NCBI GenBank assembly: GCA_964593555.1
Contig: CAZQIC010000004.1
Span: forward strand, 23,689-87,688
Length of the DNA: 64,000 nucleotides
Direction of reading: 5' to 3'
Origin: an uncultured Bacteroidia bacterium
GTDB lineage: Bacteria; Bacteroidota; Bacteroidia; JAFLBG01
Part shown: positions 45,497 through 55,775 of the stretch, piece after piece
How positions within the stretch are numbered: the first letter of the stretch is position 1
Layout of the letters: each line of letters begins with the position of its first letter
Notes under the pieces: generated by a model
What the model was told of the DNA's origin: nothing
The model's input: the letters and a program-made list of their open reading frames with translations, nothing else
Databases searched by the model: none
Program-made: the position numbers and the translations under genes

Positions 45497-46690
45497 TCAA
45501 AATTCTTTGCGCATTATAGTTAGCAAGGATTTTGGAGAGGTTTTTTCAATAACTATTTTTTCACAGCCATTAAACACTGCAAATTCTTTGATGGCAATGC
45601 ATACTTGCGGCAATAGCTTTTTGAAATTCTTTGGTTCTTTTTCCAGGAAGAAGTTTTTGATATAAAATGTTTTTGTCTTCCTGTCGGCTTTGGGGTCAAG
45701 TCTGCCAATAAATTCGTTGTCTATTAATATTGGCAGACAAAAATAGCCGAATATCCTTTTTGGTTCAGGTACATAGCATTCTATAAGGTAATTGTAGTTG
45801 AACAATTGTTCAATACGCTTGCGTTGTATAAGTACATTATCAAACGGCGATAATAAATGAATTGTTTTTGATCTTTTTTTATCGTTTAGCAGTTTGAGAT
45901 TTTGTTCAGTTGTGTAAAAAATATTTTTTTCAATCCCCTGCACTTTTAAAGGAATTATTTTTTCTTTCTCTGTGAGTTCCTTCAGTTTTTTATTTACTGT
46001 TGGTTTTATAAGTCTTCTCAGGTAAGTAATTTCATTTTCCGAAACAAAACCATGCGTGCTTATTGCTTTTAATATTAAGTGTTCGGCATATTCTTCATTC
46101 GTGGGAGTAGATGAATCAACAAATGAAGGCAATACTCTTTCAGTAAGGTCATATACTTTATGAAATCCTTGTCGTTTGGCAACCATTAATTCTCCTTCCA
46201 TGAACAATTGCTCTAATGCTCTTTTCGCAGGTTTCCATTCATACCATGGGCCGGAACGTTTTTGTTTATGCTCAAAATCTTTGCTTTGCAGAGCGCCTTC
46301 GTTTTGTATGCGTTTCAGTACAAGTTTTTTTGTTTTCTTATCGTCCTCAAACCAATGTGATTTGCCTTTTGAATAAAGGTTCTTTCTATATAATGAGAAT
46401 CGGTACTCGCTGATAGGCAAATAAGATGCCGCATGACTCCAGTACTCAAATATTGTTTTGTCTTTTTCGAGAAGTTCGTTAAGGTATTGTTCTTTGTAAT
46501 TTTTCACCCTTGTCCATAATGTATGATGATGTGCTCTTGCAATGATTGATATGGTATCGAGTTGTATATAGCCGAGGTGTTCAATAGCTTTTAACGTGCC
46601 TTCTTTTCCTTTTCCAAAAAAATCATTCTTGTGCAGGCCTTGGCAATTGAGGGCTAACAAACGTGCTTCTTGTGATGAAAGGGTTTGCAT
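45497..46690 (-). CDS. Winged-helix DNA-binding protein, YcaQ (DUF1006) family (interstrand-crosslink DNA glycosylase-like)
   Basis: 397 aa. It contains HLGYIQLDTISIIARAHHHTLWTRV and has the length and layout of YcaQ-family proteins. Its ATG overlaps the upstream stop (TAATG). Confidence 0.7.
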   Translation of the reverse strand: MQTLSSQEARLLALNCQGLHKNDFFGKGKEGTLKAIEHLGYIQLDTISIIARAHHHTLWTRVKNYKEQYLNELLEKDKTIFEYWSHAASYLPISEYRFSLYRKNLYSKGKSHWFEDDKKTKKLVLKRIQNEGALQSKDFEHKQKRSGPWYEWKPAKRALEQLFMEGELMVAKRQGFHKVYDLTERVLPSFVDSSTPTNEEYAEHLILKAISTHGFVSENEITYLRRLIKPTVNKKLKELTEKEKIIPLKVQGIEKNIFYTTEQNLKLLNDKKRSKTIHLLSPFDNVLIQRKRIEQLFNYNYLIECYVPEPKRIFGYFCLPILIDNEFIGRLDPKADRKTKTFYIKNFFLEKEPKNFKKLLPQVCIAIKEFAVFNGCEKIVIEKTSPKSLLTIMRKEF

Positions 46691-48120
46691 TATTTGTTAA
46701 GAGTCAATTTTTTTAAAACTCGTATCAATGTGTCTACTGTTTTAAGATGCGTGCGGAATGAGAGACAGGCAAAACGCAAAACAAATTTCCCGTTCATGGT
46801 GGTTGAAGAAATAAATACTCTTCCGTCTTTTTGAACCGCTTTTACCAATTGCGCATTGAATTCATTCGCATCTCCTTTTTCTGGAACATATCGGTATGTA
46901 GCTACGGAAAGTTCCGGAGTAGGGCCAACTTCAAATCCTAATTTTTTAATTTTTTCAAAAAAGTATTGAGTGAGTAAAAGTTTTTCTTCAAGGCATGCAC
47001 GAAAAGGTTTTACTCCATGGAGCATCAAGGGTAACCAAAGTCTTAATCCCCGGAAGTGACGTGTTAACTCGGGGGAAAGATCGGCAGGGGAGTCTTCGTC
47101 CCTTGAATTTATTGTGTCCTGCATATAACTTGCCAGGTATTGATGCGATGAGCTTAGGTGTTTTTTGTTTTTCACAATAACTACTCCCAACCCATAAGGG
47201 ATAAATAATCCCTTGTGAGGATCCATTACGGCAGAGTCAGAAAGTTCGATTCCTTTCAATAATTTTTTTCCAGACTTTGTTAAAATGAAAAAACCGCCAT
47301 AAGCCGCGTCGACATGAAACCACATAGCATATTTTTTTGCTATTGATCCTATTTGCTGCAAAGGATCAACTGCTCCAACGTCAGTCGTACCCGCAGATCC
47401 TATGACAAGCCAGGGTGTTAACCCTGCTTTTTTATCTTGTTTAATTTGCTGCTCCAATTGGCGAATATCCATTCTGTAATTTTCATCCATTGGAACATGT
47501 CGCTTCACAGATTCTTCAAGTCCTGCAATACGAATGGCCTTATCAACACAATGATGTACTTGTTTAGTTAAATACACTACTGTTTTGGGAATGTCTTTGC
47601 TTTTTATTTTGTGAGCATCGCGCGCTGTTACAATGGCTGTAAGATTGGCAATACTTCCTCCGGACAATAAGCTTCCTGCTGCACTTGATGGATATCCGAT
47701 CAATCCTGCCATCCATTTCACTAGCATATTTTCCATGCGTGTCGCTCCGGGTGAAGCGAAGAAAATCCCGGAATAACGATTAGTAATCGCGGCCATATAA
47801 TCTCCAAGCGCAGAATAATAGATTCCGCCGCCCGGTATATAGCCGAGGTGCCCACCTGATGCGGGATTCAGGCCTGTACTGTCAACATTTTTTTCAATAA
47901 GTTTTAGCGCCTTTTCGGTGCTAATACCCTTTTCTTTTATTTTTTCTTTTAAAAGTGCTTTTCCCTTGTCTTTTGTTTCAATGAAAGAGGGTAATTGCTC
48001 AACATTATCTAGAAAATATTCAGTGTATGAAATAATCTTTTTTCTAACCGCTTTTCTGCTTTTTGACCCCGGTTCCAGCTGTTTTGCTATAGCCTCCAGC
48101 TTTTTTAATTCTTTCTTCAT
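46690..48120 (-). CDS. Group II pyridoxal-phosphate-dependent amino-acid decarboxylase
   Basis: 476 aa. It contains SGGSIANLTAIVTARD and WFHVDAAYGGF, plus the PLP-lysine context SDSAVMDPHKGLFIPYG. Confidence 0.85.
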   Translation of the reverse strand: MKKELKKLEAIAKQLEPGSKSRKAVRKKIISYTEYFLDNVEQLPSFIETKDKGKALLKEKIKEKGISTEKALKLIEKNVDSTGLNPASGGHLGYIPGGGIYYSALGDYMAAITNRYSGIFFASPGATRMENMLVKWMAGLIGYPSSAAGSLLSGGSIANLTAIVTARDAHKIKSKDIPKTVVYLTKQVHHCVDKAIRIAGLEESVKRHVPMDENYRMDIRQLEQQIKQDKKAGLTPWLVIGSAGTTDVGAVDPLQQIGSIAKKYAMWFHVDAAYGGFFILTKSGKKLLKGIELSDSAVMDPHKGLFIPYGLGVVIVKNKKHLSSSHQYLASYMQDTINSRDEDSPADLSPELTRHFRGLRLWLPLMLHGVKPFRACLEEKLLLTQYFFEKIKKLGFEVGPTPELSVATYRYVPEKGDANEFNAQLVKAVQKDGRVFISSTTMNGKFVLRFACLSFRTHLKTVDTLIRVLKKLTLNK

Positions 48121-48242
48121 AGCCTAAATCCTAAATGTGAAAAACTTTGTTAATATACCAAATAGTTGGCGGGTAATTACAGGGTTAAAAAAATCTTTCT
48201 TTGTTAGGAGGAATAGTTTTATCATCCAATAAACGTTAAACT

Positions 48243-49991
48243 TTGTCGCCACTATTTATCTTATTGAGTATTGCCGGTTATTTTTGCTTCCTGTTACTTA
48301 TCGCATGGTACACGAGTCGCAATGCAACTAACCAATCTTATTTTCTCGGTAATAAGGCATCTCCCTGGTATGCGGTAGCGTTTGGAATGATTGGAGATTC
48401 TTTATCCGGAGTTACATTTATTTCATTACCGGGTACAGTAGGCACTTCGCAATTTTCTTATTTGCAATTGGTACTTGGTTATTTGTTGGGTTATTACATC
48501 ATTGCAAAAGTATTGCTGCCTCTTTATTATCGATTAAATCTTACTTCAATCTACAGTTACCTCAATGGTCGTTTTGGTGCATGGTACACGAGTCGCAATG
48601 CAACTAACCAATCTTATTTTCTCGGTAATAAGGCATCTCCCTGGTATGCGGTAGCGTTTGGAATGATTGGAGATTCTTTATCCGGAGTTACATTTATTTC
48701 ATTACCGGGTACAGTAGGCACTTCGCAATTTTCTTATTTGCAATTGGTACTTGGTTATTTGTTGGGTTATTACATCATTGCAAAAGTATTGCTGCCTCTT
48801 TATTATCGATTAAATCTTACTTCAATCTACAGTTACCTCAATGGTCGTTTTGGTGCATGGTCTCAGAAAACCGGATCTTTCTTTTTTTTGATTTCACGAA
48901 CAATAGGGGCCGCACTGCGTTTATATTTGGCTGCCGGAGTAATCCAGCTTTTTGTATCTGATGCATGGAAAATTCCTTTTCCGGTAACAGTATCTATTAT
49001 TATTATACTGATTCTTATTTACACCTATAAAGGTGGTATTAAAACATTGGTATGGACAGATACTTTCCAATCGCTACTGTTATTGTTAGGCGTTGTTTTA
49101 TCAATAGTTGCGATCATGCAAAAGCTGGATTGGGGTATTGGCGAAACACTTACGAATGTGGCTAACAGCAGTTATTCAAAAATCTTTTTTTGGGATTGGC
49201 GGCCTGGTAATTTTTTCTTCAAACAATTTTTAAGCGGAGCATTCATTGCGGTTGTAATGACCGGGCTAGATCAGAATATGATGCAGAAAAATTTAAGTTG
49301 CCCTTCGCTAAAAGATGCTCAGAAAAATATTTATTCGTTCAGCATTGTATTGGTATTGGTGAACATATTTTTTGTTTCATTAGGCGCATTACTTTATTTA
49401 TATATGGATAAAATGGGAATTGAACTGCCAATGAATGCTGATACTGGAAAAATAGCGACGGATAAAATTTTTCCCATGTTAGCACTGGGGCATTTAGGTT
49501 CATTTGCCGCAATTGTATTTATTCTCGGATTAACTGCAGCTACGTTTTCAAGTGCAGATTCGGTTCTGACCACACTTACTACTTCATTTTCTATCGACTT
49601 TTTAAGATTGGATGATAGTACAAGGTATACTGAGCAGCAGCAAACCAAAATACGTCATTGGGTACATATCGGGTTTGCAATAGTTTTATTGATAACAATT
49701 TTATTGTGCTCTGTTGTTAAGCAAACCTCAGTACTCGATGCTATATTTAAAGTAGCGGCATATACCTATGGACCTTTATTGGGTTTATTTACCTTCGGAC
49801 TTTTTAGTAAACGTACAGTAATTGATAAATGGGTTCCTTTTATTTGTATTGTTTCTCCTGGTATTTGTTATCTGTTGAGCGAAAATTCAATCGAATGGTT
49901 TAATGGTTACAAATTCGGTTATGAATTATTGCTTATCAATGGCTTCCTGACTTTTGCAGGTTTATTTGGGATCTCAAAAAAAAGTCAATAG
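48243..49991 (+). CDS. Sodium:solute symporter (SSF) family transporter carrying an internal 92-codon perfect duplication
   Basis: 582 aa with many TM helices. The SSF-like N-terminus is SRNATNQSYFLGNKASPWYAVAFGMIGDSLSGVTFISLPG. The start codon is TTG. See the repeat at 48303-48854. Confidence 0.8.
   Translation: MSPLFILLSIAGYFCFLLLIAWYTSRNATNQSYFLGNKASPWYAVAFGMIGDSLSGVTFISLPGTVGTSQFSYLQLVLGYLLGYYIIAKVLLPLYYRLNLTSIYSYLNGRFGAWYTSRNATNQSYFLGNKASPWYAVAFGMIGDSLSGVTFISLPGTVGTSQFSYLQLVLGYLLGYYIIAKVLLPLYYRLNLTSIYSYLNGRFGAWSQKTGSFFFLISRTIGAALRLYLAAGVIQLFVSDAWKIPFPVTVSIIIILILIYTYKGGIKTLVWTDTFQSLLLLLGVVLSIVAIMQKLDWGIGETLTNVANSSYSKIFFWDWRPGNFFFKQFLSGAFIAVVMTGLDQNMMQKNLSCPSLKDAQKNIYSFSIVLVLVNIFFVSLGALLYLYMDKMGIELPMNADTGKIATDKIFPMLALGHLGSFAAIVFILGLTAATFSSADSVLTTLTTSFSIDFLRLDDSTRYTEQQQTKIRHWVHIGFAIVLLITILLCSVVKQTSVLDAIFKVAAYTYGPLLGLFTFGLFSKRTVIDKWVPFICIVSPGICYLLSENSIEWFNGYKFGYELLLINGFLTFAGLFGISKKSQ
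48303..48854 (+). repeat. Perfect 276-bp x 2 in-frame tandem duplication
   Basis: gcatggtacacgagtcgcaatgc... begins at 48303 and again at 48579. The 92-aa unit AWYTSRNATN...SYLNGRFG is repeated exactly in the translation. The 7-bp junction string gcatggt recurs a third time at 48855-48861. Confidence 0.95.
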
Positions 49992-50030
49992 AAATGTCTA
50001 TTGGCTTTAGAGAAATTTAAAACTTAAATT

Positions 50031-50510
50031 TTATTCTTTCATTTTCTCCACATAATCACTAAGCTTATTAATAGTTTGATTTCCGCCTTCTATTGCGCCA
50101 TATTCTTCAACAACCCTTCTGCGTTCCGCTGCTGTTTTAAATAATGAGCGCATAGTAAGTTTGGTTTTTCCGTTAGCATCTTCAAACGTGACAGTGACAT
50201 GAAATTCATCCGGGTTGTTTTCATCTGAGCCATGCCAATATTCCAGGAGTTCAGGCTTTACTACTTTTATATAGCTAATCAGGTTAGGAAATATTGTACC
50301 ATCAGAGGACTTCATAGTATATTTCCATTTACCTCCTGGCTTTACATCCATACTTTCTGTTTTATTAATAAACCCGTTTGGTCCCCACCAGTTGTCAATA
50401 TGTTTTGGGTTGGTCCAGGTTTCAAATACAAGTTCTCTTGGAGCATTCAGCAGGCGTTCAATAACGATCTCTCTATTTGTTGTGTTGTTTGTTTTTTTTA
50501 CGGTTTCCAT
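50031..50510 (-). CDS. SRPBCC-superfamily protein (AHSA1/Aha1-like domain)
   Basis: 159 aa. REIVIERLLNAPRELVFETWTNPKHIDNWWGP and KLTMRSLF are typical of Aha1-domain SRPBCC proteins paired with ArsR regulators. Confidence 0.7.
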   Translation of the reverse strand: METVKKTNNTTNREIVIERLLNAPRELVFETWTNPKHIDNWWGPNGFINKTESMDVKPGGKWKYTMKSSDGTIFPNLISYIKVVKPELLEYWHGSDENNPDEFHVTVTFEDANGKTKLTMRSLFKTAAERRRVVEEYGAIEGGNQTINKLSDYVEKMKE

Positions 50511-50832
50511 TTTTTTTGTTTTTTGACTGAAGTGCGATTAAATAATTGTCTAGATCATTGAGTTTGTTAGTCCAGAATTTACGGTACTGTTCCACCCAGT
50601 CGGAAATCTCATTAAGTTTTTCCAGTTTAGCATTACAATGCCTTTCTCTTCCTTGTTGTTTAATTACAACTAGTCCACATTGCGTAAGTATTTTAATGTG
50701 TTTGGAAATAGCAGGGCGGCTAATATCAAATTTTTCGGCTACGGAATTTAGATTCATTGAATTATTGGCAAGCAGGTGAATAATTTTCCTGCGTGTGGGG
50801 TCGGCAATGGCCTGGAATACGTCTCGTCTCAT
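50473..50832 (-). CDS. ArsR/SmtB-family transcriptional regulator
   Basis: VFQAIADPTRRKIIHLLANNSMNLNSVAEKFDISRPAISKHIKILTQCGLV is the canonical ArsR wHTH. Its 3' end overlaps the SRPBCC gene by 38 bp. Confidence 0.85.
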   Translation of the reverse strand: MRRDVFQAIADPTRRKIIHLLANNSMNLNSVAEKFDISRPAISKHIKILTQCGLVVIKQQGRERHCNAKLEKLNEISDWVEQYRKFWTNKLNDLDNYLIALQSKNKKNGNRKKNKQHNK

Positions 50833-50938
50833 AATAAATATTTATGTAACCAATTGGTTATAAATATAGATGTAAATTCCGATTGTGCAAATATTTCTTG
50901 TAAGATTCTAAAATTGGGATTGTACCGGAGATGGTTCC

Positions 50939-52273
50939 TTAGTTGATCTTTTGACGGGATAAAAATGTTGTTTTAAAGTCCTCGTTTTCTACGTATAGAT
51001 AGTAGATATACCCCTCGTGTGCTTTTATTTTTTCCACAAAGGGGTAGGGGATTGGATATGTTTGGGTCATCGTATTGCCTGAATGATAGTCTATTTCTTT
51101 TAGCTTAATTACTCCTTTTGATTTGAAAGAGGTATAGATTTTTTTCTCAGTTTTATCTACATAAATCTCTCTATTCCAGTCTTTTTCGCTGTTGAAATTT
51201 ATTTTGTATTCGTTTGTTTTATTTTCGATAGGAGAAAATGTTGTTAGTTTTGAGTCGGCACAATCAAATAGGTAAACTGTATCATTAATTGTATATAGAG
51301 GAGAAAAAATTTCAATGAAGATTCTTTGTTCTGCAAAGATTCTTTCGAAATTCTGCGCAAGAGACCCTGCTTTATAAATTCCAGCATCGATTTTGACCTG
51401 CTCATAACTAATTTCATTTGCACTCATCTCCAAAATTCGTTTATCTGTAATTGAAGCAATTGGTCTTTTTAATCTGTCTTTTTTGTTTACATAATAATAA
51501 TTTACAATAAGATTGTTTGTGGTAATGCGAAAAATTCCAAGATCTTCTTTGTGAGATCCTATTCTTTGTTCAAAATATAAGTTGTTTGCATCCTGGGCAA
51601 TGCAAGGAAAAAGCAAAGCCTCCATTTTTTTTGTTTCTACCGGAGTAAGCAATCGTAAGGAGTTTAAAGAATAATCTACCTGATAACTATTTTCTGAACA
51701 TATAACATGACAGCTACCAAAACAATCTTTAAATAATCTTAAAGGTCTTTCAGGAATATTCAGCGAGGCCAGTGTATCAAGGTTTTGGTCGATAAGAGTA
51801 AGTTTTGTCTTAGATCGATCCAGCAGATAGGTGATAAGAAGAATGTTATCGTTGTAAAATTCATAGTCGAGTACATTGCAATTGGTATTACTTGTAATTT
51901 TTTCAGGAATATCGCCGGTGATTTCTACTTCAGGCAGCTTCTTAATTTTTTTCGTTAGTTCTATCAAAAGATCTTTTGAGTTTTCCTTTTCAATACTCAA
52001 CTGTTTTTTTTCGTATCCAACACGCTGTACATTAATATTAATAACGATGACTGTTTTATAGTATTCTATTTCAAAAATTCCGTTTGAATTTGAGAGCGTT
52101 CCGTTTGTAGAATCAATCTGAACACTTACGTTGGATAAAGGTTGTTTGCTTTCGGAGTCAATTATTTTACCAGTAATTTTATATTGTGTAGTTTGTCCCA
52201 AAGCAGATATAGCAATTAATATATTTATTGTTATAAGAGATAAAAGTTTTGATATTGATTTCAGGTTTTTCAT
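50939..52273 (-). CDS. Hypothetical secreted protein with N-terminal CarboxypepD_reg-like domain
   Basis: The ATG at 52273 (MKNLKSISKLLSLITINILIAISALGQ) is preferred over 52321. It contains YKITGKIIDSESKQPLSNVSVQIDSTNGTLSNSNGIFEIEY. I do not recognise the remainder. Confidence 0.55.
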   Translation of the reverse strand: MKNLKSISKLLSLITINILIAISALGQTTQYKITGKIIDSESKQPLSNVSVQIDSTNGTLSNSNGIFEIEYYKTVIVININVQRVGYEKKQLSIEKENSKDLLIELTKKIKKLPEVEITGDIPEKITSNTNCNVLDYEFYNDNILLITYLLDRSKTKLTLIDQNLDTLASLNIPERPLRLFKDCFGSCHVICSENSYQVDYSLNSLRLLTPVETKKMEALLFPCIAQDANNLYFEQRIGSHKEDLGIFRITTNNLIVNYYYVNKKDRLKRPIASITDKRILEMSANEISYEQVKIDAGIYKAGSLAQNFERIFAEQRIFIEIFSPLYTINDTVYLFDCADSKLTTFSPIENKTNEYKINFNSEKDWNREIYVDKTEKKIYTSFKSKGVIKLKEIDYHSGNTMTQTYPIPYPFVEKIKAHEGYIYYLYVENEDFKTTFLSRQKIN

Positions 52274-52411
52274 TTGGATTACAATTGTTTTAAATAACTG
52301 CTGTACGGGTCCAAAATTCAAACAAAGAAATGTCCTTATAGAATAAATCGAATTGCCAATTTTTAAATTGGCAAGGGTATAATACGACCGATAATAGAAG
52401 AAATTGAAAGG

Positions 52412-53620
52412 TTATATTTTTGAGTTATTCGGTCTCGAATAAACCAATTGGACAACATTAATGTTACGTGCAGCGAATGCAGCTTCGCAATAGCTCAGGT
52501 AATAATTCCATTTGCGAATAAAAGGATCATCGAATCCAAGTTTTTTAACTTCGATTATTTTATTGTTAAAGTTTTCTCTCCATGTCGCTAATGTACGGGC
52601 ATAATTAAGTCCCATTTCATTTAAAGAAAATAAAGTCATGTCGCCGGTATCATTAATCGCCTTATTCATGGCTGCGACAGAAGGGAGCAGGGATCCGGGA
52701 AAAATATGTTTTTGTATCCAGTCGACGCTGTTCTTTAAGGCATTGTAACGCGAGTCAGGACTAATAATCACCTGCAGACCAAGCACGCCATCTTTTTTCA
52801 ACACCTCGTGACATTTTTTAAAATAAGCGTTCAGGTATTTATGTCCAACAGCTTCGAGCATTTCTATTGAAATTATTTTGTCAAAACTTCCTTTGATCTT
52901 CCTGTAATCTTCAAGTACAATGTTTACGCGGTTTTCCAATCCTTCTTTTTTAATTCGTTGAATGGCATAATCGTATTGTTCTTTAGAAATAGTTATACCG
53001 GTAACTTTACATCCATATTTTTTTGCAGCATGTACCGCGAAGCCTCCCCAACCGCATCCTATTTCAAGTACATGATCATTTGAATTAAGTTTTACACTCT
53101 CGCATAACCTGTCATATTTATTGGCTTGTGCTTCCTGTAAAGTGTTTTCGTTTTGTTTAAAATATCCACAAGAGTAGGTCATGCTGGGGTCAAGGAAGGT
53201 GGAGAAAAAATCATTGTTAAGATCGTAATGTTCGTGAATATTTTTTTTCGATCCACTCACCGAATTGTTTCTTGTAAGGTGTGTGACCCGGTTAATCAGG
53301 TTTAATAAATTAACAGGGGAAAATCTTTTTGTACCGCCCGACATGGCAGGGTTGTTTTCTATGTTATGTATCAGCCAGGAAATCACATTTGTAATGTTGT
53401 CCGTATCCCAGTCCCCATCAACAAATGCTTCCCCAAAGCCTATATCACCATGTAAAACTGTTTTTTTGAAAAATGCATCATTGTTTATTTTAATGGAAGC
53501 TTTAACGCTTTCGTTTTTGCCGATTGTCATTTTTTCATTGCCTGGCAATTGTAACTCAAGCATTCCGGCATCCATCTTCTTTAATAATCCTAATACGATT
53601 TTTTTATATGTCGAGCCCAT
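52412..53620 (-). CDS. Cyclopropane-fatty-acyl-phospholipid synthase family SAM-dependent methyltransferase
   Basis: 402 aa. It contains HYDLNNDFFSTFLDPSMTYSCGYF and the SAM motif VLEIGCGWGGFAVHAAKKYGCKVTGITISKEQ, followed by ISIEMLEAVG. Confidence 0.85.
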   Translation of the reverse strand: MGSTYKKIVLGLLKKMDAGMLELQLPGNEKMTIGKNESVKASIKINNDAFFKKTVLHGDIGFGEAFVDGDWDTDNITNVISWLIHNIENNPAMSGGTKRFSPVNLLNLINRVTHLTRNNSVSGSKKNIHEHYDLNNDFFSTFLDPSMTYSCGYFKQNENTLQEAQANKYDRLCESVKLNSNDHVLEIGCGWGGFAVHAAKKYGCKVTGITISKEQYDYAIQRIKKEGLENRVNIVLEDYRKIKGSFDKIISIEMLEAVGHKYLNAYFKKCHEVLKKDGVLGLQVIISPDSRYNALKNSVDWIQKHIFPGSLLPSVAAMNKAINDTGDMTLFSLNEMGLNYARTLATWRENFNNKIIEVKKLGFDDPFIRKWNYYLSYCEAAFAARNINVVQLVYSRPNNSKI

Positions 53621-53622
53621 TT

Positions 53623-54402
53623 TTATTTTTCTATAGGGTTAATTACCTGTTGTTGTAGTTGCTGATTTGCGTTTTTCTTATGATATCCAATTCCTCTTAA
53701 CCAGAGTTTCATTGCCTGCCAGTGAATAAGGAGAATTATTTTAACAGTTATGAGTGGATATCTAAAAGTATAAAAAAGCATTTTGGTGTTTGTTATCTCT
53801 TCTTTTTTGCCGGTTAATGTGCTGAAGAAAAATTTACTGTTATCTCTGAAATCATCTATGTGAATATCTAATTTTTCTCCTGGGACTTTTAATTTAAAAT
53901 CGAACCACGCATCAAGATCAATAAAAGGGGATACGTAGAAGAATTTCTGGTGCTGTTCTTTAAATGTTTCGTTCTCATTTTTCTTTAATAGAAATAATTT
54001 CATTTCTTTAAATGTATTTGTTATTTCCGCAATAACACATACAGGTTTTCCCTCTCTATCGAAACAAAAATAAAAAGATACCGGGTTAAATATATAACCC
54101 ATTGTACGTAAGTGCGTCAACAACATGATTTTTCCCCCTTGAAGATCAATTCCCTGAGATGTGAGGTAATTCAATACTTTTTCTTTGATGGTATTCCCCG
54201 GTTTTTCTTTGAAATAATCATTGTCTTGGAAGCTAAAAATATTGGATCGGTTCCTGCTGATCAGCAAATTGTTTTTTGCTAAGGAGTCTATCTCGTCGAG
54301 ATCTAAGTAAAACATGAAAATGTTATAATTGAATACATATTTTTTGGGAAGCATCCTGCAATGCATCACTTTGCTTTTATATATGCAGGATCTTAGCTCC
54401 AT
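53623..54402 (-). CDS. DUF1365 family protein
   Basis: SCIYKSKVMHCRMLPKKYVFNYNIFMFYLDLDEI matches the DUF1365 N-terminal pattern (s.iy.G.V.H.R..P..h.F.Y..f...lDLde). It sits between the FAD oxidoreductase and cfa genes, as in many bacteria. The ATG at 54402 is preferred over TTG 54429. Confidence 0.7.
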   Translation of the reverse strand: MELRSCIYKSKVMHCRMLPKKYVFNYNIFMFYLDLDEIDSLAKNNLLISRNRSNIFSFQDNDYFKEKPGNTIKEKVLNYLTSQGIDLQGGKIMLLTHLRTMGYIFNPVSFYFCFDREGKPVCVIAEITNTFKEMKLFLLKKNENETFKEQHQKFFYVSPFIDLDAWFDFKLKVPGEKLDIHIDDFRDNSKFFFSTLTGKKEEITNTKMLFYTFRYPLITVKIILLIHWQAMKLWLRGIGYHKKNANQQLQQQVINPIEK

Positions 54403-55655
54403 ACATCCCTTTTTAGTATAGTTCCGCAAACATCAACTGCTGATTTAAATGCATCCTCATGAAAGCCGTGTCCAAAGTAACTCCCGCAAAAATAAATTGG
54501 CCCACTTGTATTTAGTGTCGCAAGCTTATCCTGTGCTTCCAGCGCATCAACCGTAAATACGGGATGTTCATATGTGTATTGTTTCAGGATTTTCTTTTCG
54601 TTAATCTCTCCAAAATCATTAATGGAAACAAAGTAATTTTTTTTTGTCTTTAGATTTTGGAGTTTATTCATGTAATAAATCGTGGAAGTAAGGTTTTCGC
54701 CTTTTTTGTTATCGATCAAATAATTCCATGCCGACCAAACACGCCTTGTTTTTGGCATTACGTTTTCATCCCAATGGAGTGTTGCAATGTTCTTTTGATA
54801 TGTGAATGGGGAAAGCAACTTTCTTTGTTCTGTTGTTGGGTTTTCTAATAGTGAAAGCGCCTGATCGCCATGACACGCGAAAATTACTTTATCATATAAT
54901 TTCTTTTCACCGGACTCAATTGTTATTTCAATCTTATCGCCAATATGTTCTATTTTTTTCGCCCCGCAATTTATTTTTATTTTTTCTTTGAAAGGTGCAA
55001 TGAGTTTTTGTTTGTAGCTCTCACTTCCATTTGTAACTGTGTACCACTGGTAATGTGTATTGAGTCCCAATAAGCCGTGGTTGTGAAAAAAACGAACCAG
55101 GCTATAGATTGGAAATTTAAGAGTGAGTGACGTTGGGACGGACCAAAGCGCAGAGCTCATCGGTGCAAGATACTTATAGAGAAAATCTTCACCTAATTTC
55201 ATTTCCTCGATGTATTCCGCAACTGAATAATGATAATATTTTTTATCATTTATGATTTCTGTTGCGTGATCATTGAATCGGTTTATTTGATTTAACATTT
55301 TTATGAATGAGAAATCGAATATGTTTTTCCGCTGCCCGAAAAGTCCATTAAATCCCGATCCGCAATATTCAAGCTCTGAAGGCCTGTGCTGGACTCCAAA
55401 ACTCATATCAGTTTTTTCGAGAGGAACATCAAGCTTTTCGAATAGGCGAAACAGGTTTGGATAGTTAATTGGGTTGCATACAATAAATCCGGTGTCAATA
55501 TTTACAGGCTTGCCATCTTCTTCAATGATGGCAGTATTGGTATGGCCTCCAATGTAATTTTGTTTTTCAAACACATCGATATCATAGTGTTTATGCAAAA
55601 AATAAGCACAGCCCATGCCTGTAATTCCTGTTCCTATGATAGCGACTTTTCCCAC
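54393..55655 (-). CDS. NAD(P)/FAD-dependent oxidoreductase (amine-oxidase/phytoene-desaturase-like)
   Basis: 420 aa. The dinucleotide-binding motif is KVAIIGTGITGMGCAYFL...VFEKQNYIGGH and the C-terminus is FCGSYFGHGFHEDA. The start codon is GTG. Confidence 0.8.
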   Translation of the reverse strand: MGKVAIIGTGITGMGCAYFLHKHYDIDVFEKQNYIGGHTNTAIIEEDGKPVNIDTGFIVCNPINYPNLFRLFEKLDVPLEKTDMSFGVQHRPSELEYCGSGFNGLFGQRKNIFDFSFIKMLNQINRFNDHATEIINDKKYYHYSVAEYIEEMKLGEDFLYKYLAPMSSALWSVPTSLTLKFPIYSLVRFFHNHGLLGLNTHYQWYTVTNGSESYKQKLIAPFKEKIKINCGAKKIEHIGDKIEITIESGEKKLYDKVIFACHGDQALSLLENPTTEQRKLLSPFTYQKNIATLHWDENVMPKTRRVWSAWNYLIDNKKGENLTSTIYYMNKLQNLKTKKNYFVSINDFGEINEKKILKQYTYEHPVFTVDALEAQDKLATLNTSGPIYFCGSYFGHGFHEDAFKSAVDVCGTILKRDVWS

Positions 55656-55683
55656 CTTTATAAAATAGTAATATTTTTCTTGA

Positions 55684-55775
55684 ACGTCATTGCGAGTGAG
55701 GGCACTTTCTGCCCGAACGAAGCAATCTTGTTGCTGGAATAGATTGCTTCAGTCGTTCCTCCTTCGCAATGACGA
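55684..55775. repeat. Palindromic intergenic repeat of the 'cattgcgag...gaagcaatc' type
   Basis: The outer arms are cgtcattgcgagtgagg (55684-55700) and cctccttcgcaatgacg (55759-55775). The inner perfect arms are gaagcaatct and agattgcttc. It lies between the FAD oxidoreductase gene and the second methyltransferase gene. Confidence 0.7.
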
